24,000 nucleotides of DNA from Actinomyces israelii DSM 43320 (GTDB lineage Bacteria > Actinomycetota > Actinomycetes > Actinomycetales > Actinomycetaceae): positions 10,545-34,544 of the forward strand of contig NZ_JONS01000013.1 of the NCBI RefSeq assembly GCF_000711965.1. The letters are read 5' to 3'. The first letter of the stretch is position 1, and every line of letters starts with the position of its first letter. Of this stretch, positions 17,372 through 24,000 are shown piece by piece. Under the pieces are notes generated by a model that saw nothing but the letters and a program-made list of their open reading frames with translations, did not search any database and was not told the DNA's origin. The position numbers and the translations under genes were made by a program.

Positions 17372-18111
17372 TGTGCCTCCTTCGCCATTGTCGCCTCGCC
17401 CGCCCGCGGGCGGGCCTCAGCCGCTCCCGCCTCCGGGTGGGCGGAGTCTGAGACGATCCTCCCGTCCCGGATGGCGACCCGCCGCGGCAGTTTGGCCGCC
17501 AGCTCGTTGTCGTGGGTGATGACGACCACCGTCGTGCCCTGCTCGTGCAGCTCGTGGAGGAGCTCGACGATCGAGGCCCCCGAGACCGAGTCGAGGTTGC
17601 CGGTCGGCTCGTCTGCCAGGAGCAGGGGCGGGTCCCCGACGACGGCGCGGGCGATGGCCACGCGCTGCCGCTCACCGCCGGAGAGCTGGTGGGGGCGGTG
17701 GCGCAGGCGGTGCCCGAGCCCCACGCGCCGCAGGGCAGTCTCGGCGCGCCTGCGGCGCTCGCCTCGCGGCACCCCCAGGTAGAGCAGGCCGTCGGCGACG
17801 TTGTCGATCGCCGTCACGCCGTCGGCCAGGTGGAACTGCTGGAAGACGAAGCCGATGCGCCGCGCGCGCACGGCCGACAGGTCCTGGTCCGACAGCCCGG
17901 CGACGTCGAGGCCGTCGATCTCGACGGTTCCCGAGCTGGGCCGGTCGAGGGTGCCGATGAGGTTGAGCAGAGTCGACTTGCCCGAGCCGGAGGGGCCGAC
18001 AACGGCGATGAACTCGCCGCGGTCTACATCCAGGCTGATGCCAGCGCAGGCGGCCACGGGCGGCTCCCCGTAGGTGCGGCGCACATCGCGAAGGGACAGG
18101 ATGCGGCTCAT
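17368..18111 (-). CDS. ABC transporter ATP-binding protein (MacB/LolD-like)
   Basis: Walker A 'GPSGSGKST', signature 'LSGGERQRV', Walker B 'LLLADEPT', H-loop 'ITHD'. The ATG at 18111 overlaps the MFP stop (ATGA). The longer track ORF (to 18738) is antisense noise. Confidence 0.9.
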   Translation of the reverse strand: MSRILSLRDVRRTYGEPPVAACAGISLDVDRGEFIAVVGPSGSGKSTLLNLIGTLDRPSSGTVEIDGLDVAGLSDQDLSAVRARRIGFVFQQFHLADGVTAIDNVADGLLYLGVPRGERRRRAETALRRVGLGHRLRHRPHQLSGGERQRVAIARAVVGDPPLLLADEPTGNLDSVSGASIVELLHELHEQGTTVVVITHDNELAAKLPRRVAIRDGRIVSDSAHPEAGAAEARPRAGEATMAKEAQ

Positions 18112-19301
18112 CGCTGCGGCACCACCACGCGCTGCCCCTCGGCCAGGCCCTCGCCCGAGATCTCGACACGGCCGGCGGCGAACAGCCCGGTGGTCACCGG
18201 GACCCGCTGGGTCGTGTTGTCGGCCTGGACCACCTCGACGCCGAACTGCTCCGGGCTCAGGGCGACCAGCGCACCCACGGGCACGGACAGGACGTTCTCC
18301 CGCTTCTCGCTGGGCAGGCCCACGGTGACCGAGACCTCCTGGAAGCTCGCGGTGACCGAGGCGTCGTCGGGCGTGATGGTCACCGGGATGACGCGCTCCT
18401 TCTCCTTGGAGTCGCCCGACCCGCTCTTCTCCGTGGGGGTGCCCACCGAGGAGATGGTGCCGGTGGTGTCGACGGCCCCCGGCAGATGCAGGGTGACCTT
18501 GTTGCCGACGACGCCGAGCTGCTGGTCGGCGAGCTTGATGTTGACGTCCACCACCTGGGCGGTGGAGGTGACGTCGTACAGGTCGCCCTCGACCGCCGCC
18601 TTGTCCCCCACGCGGGACTTGATGGAGCCCACGCGCAGGTCGTCCGGGGCGAAGACGACGCGCCCCAGCGGGATGGCGCCGGTCTGCTCCAGGTCCTTGT
18701 CCTTCTGCCAGGCCCTGATCGCCCGCATGGTCCACCACCCGAAGGTGCCGTCCGGCTCGCGGGTGAAGTAGCCCAGAGACTGCAGGGCGGCCTGGAGCTG
18801 CTGGACATCGCTGCCCTTGCTCATGCCGTCCTCGAAGGCGCGCCAGGCGGGGATGGAGCCGTGCATGAGGTAGGCGGGCTCGCCGCCGACGTCGTAGAGC
18901 TGGTCGCCGGCGTGGAGCACTGTGCCGGCCGCCGGCAGCCAGGTGACCACGCCCTCGAATCCGGAGCGCAGCACGTGGGAGTCGGAGAAGCGCAGGGTGC
19001 CGGCGGCACTCGTCTCGCCCTGCAGGGTCCCGCGGGTGATCTCCTCGGTGGTGCCGGTGAACTCGGCGGGCTTGTCCTCGTTCTTCCTCGCCTGGCCCGG
19101 GAGCACCCCGGCCGCCGCCGCGGTGCCCGCCCCGGCCCCGACCAGGAGGAGGGCGGCGCCGACCCCGATGAGGAGCCGACGGCGGGTCGGGTGCGCGGAG
19201 CCCTTCCTCTCCGGAGCCTCCGCACCGGCCGGGTCGCCCGCGCCCTCGATGAGGGACGCGAGGTCGCCCCCGGCGTCACGGGTTCGACGCCTGAGCCTCA
19301 C
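18108..19301 (-). CDS. membrane-fusion (HlyD/MacA-like) adaptor protein with inserted peptidoglycan-binding domain
   Basis: N-terminal TM helix ('[17 protein letters not shown]'). PG_binding_1-like '[46 protein letters not shown]'. Beta-barrel/MP-proximal C-terminus. I prefer the GTG at 19301 (GTGA overlap with the upstream stop, GGGGA SD); the alternative is GTG at 19331. Confidence 0.8.
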   Translation of the reverse strand: MRLRRRTRDAGGDLASLIEGAGDPAGAEAPERKGSAHPTRRRLLIGVGAALLLVGAGAGTAAAAGVLPGQARKNEDKPAEFTGTTEEITRGTLQGETSAAGTLRFSDSHVLRSGFEGVVTWLPAAGTVLHAGDQLYDVGGEPAYLMHGSIPAWRAFEDGMSKGSDVQQLQAALQSLGYFTREPDGTFGWWTMRAIRAWQKDKDLEQTGAIPLGRVVFAPDDLRVGSIKSRVGDKAAVEGDLYDVTSTAQVVDVNIKLADQQLGVVGNKVTLHLPGAVDTTGTISSVGTPTEKSGSGDSKEKERVIPVTITPDDASVTASFQEVSVTVGLPSEKRENVLSVPVGALVALSPEQFGVEVVQADNTTQRVPVTTGLFAAGRVEISGEGLAEGQRVVVPQR

Positions 19302-19786
19302 TGGCTGTCCCCGGACGTCGCGGCGGCGCACTTCTCAATGGCCTCCTGGGGAATGGCGCCGACGTCGAGGGACAGGCCCTTGCCGGGCTCGGGGTCCTTG
19401 ACGTCGTAGCCGTCGTTGCGCAGGCACTCGGCGAGCGCAATGCTCGACTTGAGGATCTCGGGGTCGTCGGGTCCCTGGGTGCTGGCCCCGGGCGGCGTGC
19501 CGAGCTTCTTCTCGCACTCCTCGACGGCGGTGTTGAAGGCGGCCGCGTCCCCGCCCACGTCCTGGGTGCGGATGTCTTTATCGCTGTCGGAGTCTGAGAC
19601 GTTGAAGCCCGCGTCGCGCAGGCACTGGTTGAACTTGAGGTTGTAGTCCTGGGCCGCATCGGCCGTGCTGCTGGTGGAGGCATCGGCGGCGTCGGCCGAC
19701 TTGCCGCCCCCGCACGCGGCGACCATCCCGAGAGCGCAGACCACGCTCGCCGCTGCCGCGAACATCCTCGTCTTGCCGTTCCTCAT
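19298..19786 (-). CDS. small secreted lipoprotein with two Cys-containing internal repeats
   Basis: ATG at 19786 with SD GAGGAG. Lipobox 'LGMVAAC'. Repeats are 'FNQCLRDAGFNVSD...VEECEKK' and 'LAECLRNDGYDVKD...IEKCAAA'. Confidence 0.7.
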   Translation of the reverse strand: MRNGKTRMFAAAASVVCALGMVAACGGGKSADAADASTSSTADAAQDYNLKFNQCLRDAGFNVSDSDSDKDIRTQDVGGDAAAFNTAVEECEKKLGTPPGASTQGPDDPEILKSSIALAECLRNDGYDVKDPEPGKGLSLDVGAIPQEAIEKCAAATSGDSQ

Positions 19787-19924
19787 TGGGGCTCTCCTCA
19801 TTCCTCGATCGTGGGTTCTGAAGCTCCCGTGCGCGCGCCGCCCCGGCATCCGGGGCGGCTCAGCGCCGGGCCCCGGTCCGTCCGGAGCTGGGCACAATCT
19901 CAGCGAAGCCGACGTTGCGAGAGC

Positions 19925-19971
19925 CTTTAGAAAAATCTTTACGCGGGTTTTAACCCCGTCTCCCCTATCGT
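19925..19971. promoter_or_regulatory. AT-rich divergent control region with phased TTTA repeats and a TATCGT -10
   Basis: In CTTTAGAAAAATCTTTACGCGGGTTTTAAC, TTTA starts at 19926, 19938 and 19949 (12- and 11-nt phasing). TATCGT lies at 19966-19971. It is the only AT-rich patch between the transporter operon and the two-component genes. Confidence 0.4.
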
Positions 19972-20003
19972 TGGCTCGGGAAGACGCGGGAGACCGCGGG
20001 AAG

Positions 20004-20687
20004 ATGCAGAGCCTGGAGGTCGATGACGTGCGCGTGCTGGTGGTTGAGGACGAGTCCTACCTCGCAGAGGCGATAGCCACAGGGCTGCGCCGCGAGACAA
20101 TGGCGGTCGACGTCGCGGGCGACGGCGCCGAGGCGCTGGCCCAGGTCGAGATCGCCGACTACGACGTCGTCGTCCTGGACCGGGACCTGCCCGGCGTCCA
20201 CGGCGACGAGGTCTGCGCCCGCCTGGCCGACGAGCACCCGGAGGTGAGAGTGCTCATGCTCACCGCGGCCCGCTCCCTGCGCGAGCGGGTGGAGGGCTTC
20301 CAGATCGGGGCGGACGACTACCTCGTCAAGCCCTTCGAGTTCCCCGAGCTCGTGGCCCGCCTGCGCGCGCTGGAGCGGCGCAGCCAGCCGGCCCGCGGGC
20401 CCGTCCTGGAGTCCCAGGGGGTGCGGCTGGACCCCTTCCGCCGGGAGGTCTCGCGCGACGGCCACTTCGTGCGGCTGAGCCCCAAGGAGTTCGCGGTCCT
20501 GCAGCTGCTCATGGAGGCCGACGGCGGGGTGCTCAGCGCCGAGACGATCCTGGAGAAGGCCTGGGACGCCAATGCCGACCCCTTCTCGAACACCATGCGG
20601 GTGACGATCTCCCACCTGCGCAAGCGCCTGGGCCGGCCCTGGGTCATCCAGACGGTCCCGGGCGCCGGCTACCGCTTCGGGGGCTGA
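20004..20687 (+). CDS. OmpR/PhoB-family response regulator
   Basis: Receiver domain 'VLVVEDE...DVVVLDRDLPG...LMLTA...DDYLVKPF' plus winged-helix 'LSPKEFAVLQLLM...GAGYRF'. The start is the ATG at 20004 or, perhaps more likely, the GTG at 20028 (GGAGG SD 8 nt upstream, giving MRVLVVEDE). Confidence 0.9.
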   Translation: MQSLEVDDVRVLVVEDESYLAEAIATGLRRETMAVDVAGDGAEALAQVEIADYDVVVLDRDLPGVHGDEVCARLADEHPEVRVLMLTAARSLRERVEGFQIGADDYLVKPFEFPELVARLRALERRSQPARGPVLESQGVRLDPFRREVSRDGHFVRLSPKEFAVLQLLMEADGGVLSAETILEKAWDANADPFSNTMRVTISHLRKRLGRPWVIQTVPGAGYRFGG

Positions 20688-20688
20688 C

Positions 20689-21954
20689 ATGTCGTCGCAG
20701 CGCGACCCGAGCGACCCGGCCGTCGAGACGGCCCGGACGGCGTCATCCGCGTCCGGGCCGACGACGACCGCTTCGGCACCGTCAGCGCCGCCGTCTGGGC
20801 AGTCGGCCCGGAGGCCCAGGGCCCGCAGGCTGACCATCCGCGCCCGGCTCACCCTGACCTATGCGGGCCTGGTGACCGGGTCGGGCGCCGTCCTCATCGC
20901 CCTGGTCTACCTCTACATGCGCCGCTTCGAGGTGCCGGTTTCCGAAGCGCCGGTGGTGGGCACCAATGAGAGCGACGGGTCGATCTACCTGCGGGTCACC
21001 CTCCTGTCGGAGTTCCTCAACACCATGCTCGGGATCTCCCTGGGGGCGCTCGTCCTGCTCGCCCTGCTGTCCGGCGCTGTCGGCTGGGTGGTCGCCGGTC
21101 GCATGCTCGCCCCGCTGTCGACCATGAACGAGGCCGCCAAGCAGGCGGCATCCGGCGATCTGAGCCGGCGTCTGGCGCTGGCCGGCCCGCACGACGAGAT
21201 CCGCGACCTGGCCGACACCTACGACCACATGCTCGACTCCCTGGAGTCCTCCCTGGCCACCTACCGCCGCTTCGCCGCCAACGCCTCGCACGAGCTGCGC
21301 ACGCCGCTGGCCACCGCCCAGACCATGATCGACGTGACCCTGGCCGACCCCGGCGCCTCGGCGGACCAGCTGCGCTCCCTGGTCGAGCGGCTGCGGGAGA
21401 CCAACCGTGCGAACGTCGAGACCGTCGACGCCCTGCTGGACCTGGCGGAGGCCCAGTCGGGGGACATCTACCGCGAGGAGGTGGACCTCGGCGAGGTGAT
21501 GGCCACGGTGCTGGCCCAGCTCGCCCCGGAGGCCGCCGAGCGGGAGGTGACCCTGCCGGCGGCCCCCGGCGACATCGTCGTCGTGGAGGGCGACCCGGTG
21601 CTGCTGCGCCAAGCCGTCTCCAACCTGCTGCGCAATGCGGTGCGGCACAACGTCGCGGGCGGCGGCGTCGAGCTCGGGCTCGCCCGCGCGGGCGACAGGG
21701 CCCGGCTGCTGCTGTCCAACGACGGACCGCTCGTGCCCGCCGAGCACCTGACAGCGCTGCGCGAGCCCTTCGTGCGCGGCGCCGGGCGGGGCCGGACCCG
21801 CGGCGACGGGCACGGCCTGGGCCTGGCCATTGTCTCCGCGGTCGCGGACGCCCACGACGGCGTCCTGGAGCTGTCCGCGAACCCGTCGGGCGGGCTGAGC
21901 GTCGTCCTCGACCTGCCCGCGCGCAGCGGCGAGCCGGAGGGCGGGGCCCTGTGA
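20689..21954 (+). CDS. sensor histidine kinase (two TM helices, short external loop, HAMP, HisKA, HATPase_c)
   Basis: H-box 'FAANASHELRTPLA', N-box 'LLRNAVRHN', G-boxes 'GHGLGLAIV'. TM1 is around 'LTYAGLVTGSGAVLIALVYLYM' and TM2 around 'MLGISLGALVLLALLSGAVGWVVAG', separated by about 30-35 residues. The ATG lies 1 nt after the RR stop. Confidence 0.9.
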   Translation: MSSQRDPSDPAVETARTASSASGPTTTASAPSAPPSGQSARRPRARRLTIRARLTLTYAGLVTGSGAVLIALVYLYMRRFEVPVSEAPVVGTNESDGSIYLRVTLLSEFLNTMLGISLGALVLLALLSGAVGWVVAGRMLAPLSTMNEAAKQAASGDLSRRLALAGPHDEIRDLADTYDHMLDSLESSLATYRRFAANASHELRTPLATAQTMIDVTLADPGASADQLRSLVERLRETNRANVETVDALLDLAEAQSGDIYREEVDLGEVMATVLAQLAPEAAEREVTLPAAPGDIVVVEGDPVLLRQAVSNLLRNAVRHNVAGGGVELGLARAGDRARLLLSNDGPLVPAEHLTALREPFVRGAGRGRTRGDGHGLGLAIVSAVADAHDGVLELSANPSGGLSVVLDLPARSGEPEGGAL

Positions 21955-21998
21955 TGCGCCGCCGGCCCCTTCTCCAGAGCCTTGGACGTTCGGACGTC

Positions 21999-22811
21999 TC
22001 AGTACTGGTAGGTGCGTTCGAGGGAGCGGTAGCGCAGCAGGCGGGCGGTGGCGAGAATCGTCACCACCAGGCCCACCAGCCCGGACACCCCGGCGATCAG
22101 GAGCATCAGCATGATCAGCGGCATGCGCGAGAGGTTCAGGGGCGGTCCGATGACAACGTTGCTGGTCCCTGCGGGGCAGGTCACCGTGAACGTGCCCGTC
22201 CCGGGAGCCTCGAACAAGGCGTAGGGCATGGTGTCGGACAGCGGGGTCAGCGCCACGGCGTCGCCGCTCGGAGCGGTGACGGTGCAGTCGGTCGTGGTCC
22301 CGCCGAAGGTCGAGGTGTACAGGGCCGAGGTGGTCCCCTGCTCCAGGTACACCGTACCGGCCTCGCCCAGCGGCTCGCCCAGGCCCCTGGAGCCCCCGAA
22401 CGCCACGAACATGCTGGCGGCGCCGAGGACCAGCGGCACGACGAACAGAAGGACCAGGCCGATCACCGCCATGCGCCAGGGTCGGCGCCTCGCGCGGGGC
22501 TGGGTGCTGAAGCCCGTGTCGGCCCCCAGGCCCGTGTACTCGCGCACGGGCGGTAGAGGGGCCGCCAGTCGGACCAGTCCGTCTCCGGGCGCGCGCGCAT
22601 ACGGATCCGGGCCGCTGCCCCCGCGGTCGGCCTCGGTGTCCCCCGCAGGCGACCCGAACGACGTCGTCGCCGGGGCCGTCTGCCAGTCGGAGTCCGCAGG
22701 CGAGGCCGACGACCGCTCGAGTCTCTGCTCGTGCAGGTAGGCCGCCAGCTCCTCGGGGCTCAGACGCTTGCCGTAAAGGGGCTGGCCGTCCTCGGTCTCG
22801 TAGCGCGCCAC
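21999..22811 (-). CDS. hypothetical bitopic/two-TM membrane protein
   Basis: A hydrophobic helix 'WRMAVIGLVLLFVVPLVLGAASMFVAF', a ~95-aa external segment and a C-terminal helix 'MPLIMLMLLIAGVSGLVGLVVTILA'. The GTG at 22811 lies 7 nt after the upstream stop. The start is uncertain (the track ORF reaches 22874). Confidence 0.55.
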   Translation of the reverse strand: MARYETEDGQPLYGKRLSPEELAAYLHEQRLERSSASPADSDWQTAPATTSFGSPAGDTEADRGGSGPDPYARAPGDGLVRLAAPLPPVREYTGLGADTGFSTQPRARRRPWRMAVIGLVLLFVVPLVLGAASMFVAFGGSRGLGEPLGEAGTVYLEQGTTSALYTSTFGGTTTDCTVTAPSGDAVALTPLSDTMPYALFEAPGTGTFTVTCPAGTSNVVIGPPLNLSRMPLIMLMLLIAGVSGLVGLVVTILATARLLRYRSLERTYQY

Positions 22812-22818
22812 GCGTGAC

Positions 22819-23268
22819 TCAGCCCTGACGGCCACCTGCGGGACCACCGACCTTCGCCGCGATCTCAAGCACAAGGCGCAGCCCCAGGATCTCGGTCAGG
22901 ACCCAGGGCAGGTTCACGAGCAGGTCGATGAGGAACTTGCCGACGTCGAACTCCGAGCCGGAAAGAGAGGAGAAGGACAGCGAGACGCCCGCCTTGTAGG
23001 ACGCGTAGAGCCAGGACAGTGCGAAGCCGATGGTGCCGACGATCATGACGATCGTGCCGTACTTGGCCGCGAAGGAGCGGCCGGCGTCGAACAGGTTGGT
23101 GAAGATGGAGTCCCCGGCCGGAGCCATGCCCGGCTGCTGCGGCACCGCGCCGGTGGGGACGTACTGGGTGTTCTGGGCCGCGAACTGCTGCGGGTTGTAG
23201 GCGCCCGGGGCCGACGGCGCGGAGGTGGGTGGGATGTAGGGCTGTCCGGGATTGGGAGGTTGAGTCAT
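22819..23268 (-). CDS. DUF4282-like membrane protein with Pro/Gln-rich N-terminus
   Basis: ATG at 23268 with SD GAAGGAAG. The N-terminus 'MTQPPNPGQPYIPPTSAPSAPGAYNPQQ' is followed by 'IFTNLFDAGRSFAAKYGTIVMIVGTIGFALSWL' and 'LRLVLEIAAKV', resembling the DUF4282 layout. A -10 TATAGT (minus strand, 23308-23303) lies 34 nt upstream. Confidence 0.6.
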   Translation of the reverse strand: MTQPPNPGQPYIPPTSAPSAPGAYNPQQFAAQNTQYVPTGAVPQQPGMAPAGDSIFTNLFDAGRSFAAKYGTIVMIVGTIGFALSWLYASYKAGVSLSFSSLSGSEFDVGKFLIDLLVNLPWVLTEILGLRLVLEIAAKVGGPAGGRQG

Positions 23269-23312
23269 GGCGAACTTCCTTCGTCGTTGGGAGTACTCGC
23301 ACACTATAGTCA

Positions 23313-23329
23313 CGGGGCCGGAGGCCCCG
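23313..23329 (-). terminator. short GC hairpin after hspR
   Basis: CGGGGCC-GGA-GGCCCCG lies 52 nt beyond the hspR stop. The loop is very tight and there is no U tract. Confidence 0.3.
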
Positions 23330-23380
23330 GACAGAGGATCACGTTCTGATCTCGGCCAGGATACGCCGGTCACGACGACG

Positions 23381-23842
23381 TCAGAAACGGGGCAGGATCA
23401 TGGCGCCGCCCACAGACGTCCTCGGCGCCGCGCTCCGCCCCGTCCGGCCGGTGCGGGCGGGCACGACCTGGACCTCGCCGTCGGCGGCCGCGGCGAAGAT
23501 CCGCTCGGCGGCCGCCTGGCGCAGGCGCAGGGCGCGGTTCTCGCGCTCAAGGGCCTCCAGGCGGCGCTCGAGATCCAGGATACGCCGGATGCCCTCCAGG
23601 TTGACGCCGTCCTGGCTCAGGGCCTGGACGCGCCGCAGCCGTTCGACGTCGCGGTGTGAGTAGCGTCGGCCCCGCCCGGAGGTGCGGGCGGGGCTGACGA
23701 GCCCGAGGCGGTCGTACTGGCGCAGCGTCTGCGGGTGCATGCCGGCCAGCTCGGCCGCCACCGAGATGACGTAGACGGCGCGCTCGGCGGCGTCGTCGGC
23801 TGGGAAGTCGACGCTCTGGCCGGTGCGGCGCCGCGGGCTCAC
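23381..23842 (-). CDS. hspR: heat-shock transcriptional repressor HspR (MerR family)
   Basis: MerR-type HTH 'YVISVAAELAGMHPQTLRQYDRLGLVSPARTSGRGRRYSHRDVERLRRVQAL', then a coiled-coil 'LERRLEALERENRAL'. It lies immediately downstream of dnaJ with a GTGA start/stop overlap, the conserved actinobacterial dnaK-operon position. Confidence 0.85.
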   Translation of the reverse strand: MSPRRRTGQSVDFPADDAAERAVYVISVAAELAGMHPQTLRQYDRLGLVSPARTSGRGRRYSHRDVERLRRVQALSQDGVNLEGIRRILDLERRLEALERENRALRLRQAAAERIFAAAADGEVQVVPARTGRTGRSAAPRTSVGGAMILPRF

Positions 23843-24000
23843 TGCGACGCCTCCCGGGCCAGCGAGGCGCGCGGGTCGGACTCCATGGCGGCGTCGAAGG
23901 CCTCCAGGGCGTCCTTGGCCGCGCGCGAGAGCCTCCGGGGCACGGCGACCTGGATGGTGACGAGCAGGTCCCCGGTCTTCTTGGAGGTGACGACCCCCTT
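23839..24000 (-). CDS. dnaJ: molecular chaperone DnaJ, C-terminal 53 codons (5' end outside the window)
   Basis: Not in the ORF track. My translation of the minus strand is 'KGVVTSKKTGDLLVTIQVAVPRRLSRAAKDALEAFDAAMESDPRASLAREASQ*', which is the typical DnaJ C-terminal end ('GDLLVTIQVxVPxxLSxxxKxxLExF'). The stop TGA is at 23841-23839. Confidence 0.8.
   Translation of the reverse strand, partial: KGVVTSKKTGDLLVTIQVAVPRRLSRAAKDALEAFDAAMESDPRASLAREASQ

Noticed and set aside
17368-18738. 456-aa version of the ABC ATPase ORF
   Set aside because: The first ~210 residues overlap the MFP gene in another frame and are Arg/Gly-rich nonsense. A canonical ATGA-coupled start at 18111 gives a normal 247-aa ATPase.
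23343-23362. GTTCTGATCTCGGCCAGG downstream of hspR as another repeat copy
   Set aside because: Only a single half-unit matches, and single GATCTCGG matches also occur by chance inside clpB, nadE, TetR and the ABC genes, so it is not distinguishable from background.

Overview
High-GC (about 70%) actinobacterial chromosomal DNA; the gene content and style look Actinomyces-like, which is an inference. I support 22 protein-coding genes. Left to right: a serpin 3' fragment, a Cof-type HAD hydrolase, glutamine-dependent NAD+ synthetase (nadE), a TetR regulator, and a 1.17-kb stretch with no convincing gene. Then clpB with a HAIR-like operator, two tandem paralogous lipoproteins, a 60-aa Rv0909/MT0933-like protein and an S9 prolyl-oligopeptidase-family peptidase. 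Next is a small accessory islet (class II Fic, GNAT acetyltransferase, DUF2992/YjdF). After it comes a five-gene envelope module: an OmpR-type response regulator and histidine kinase, divergent from lipoprotein, peptidoglycan-binding membrane-fusion protein, MacB-type ABC ATPase and FtsX permease. The window ends with a membrane protein, a DUF4282 protein, hspR and the 3' end of dnaJ. No rRNA, tRNA, CRISPR array, transposase or phage genes were seen. The signal I rate highest is a dispersed intergenic repeat that ordinary annotation would not explain. It consists of two tandem ~22-nt units (TGAACCGATCTCGnnnCGGAAG + yGRACCGATCTCGGyG), often followed by a GGGGAGGGTGCCGGCG box. There are four well-conserved and about five decayed copies. 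In five cases the element starts exactly on, or directly after, the stop codon of a co-oriented ORF. One copy fills the whole GNAT-Fic intercistronic gap and supplies the Fic Shine-Dalgarno sequence. Inverted pairs bracket the TetR gene and the GNAT/DUF2992 pair. Other points are a 1-nt frameshift in the Fic 5' end, a promoter-plus-twin-hairpin candidate sRNA between nadE and TetR, a structured SD-sequestering leader in front of the YjdF-family gene, and a G10 tract with 27-bp direct repeats upstream of the lipoprotein pair. All functional calls rest on motifs I recognise by eye; no database search was possible.
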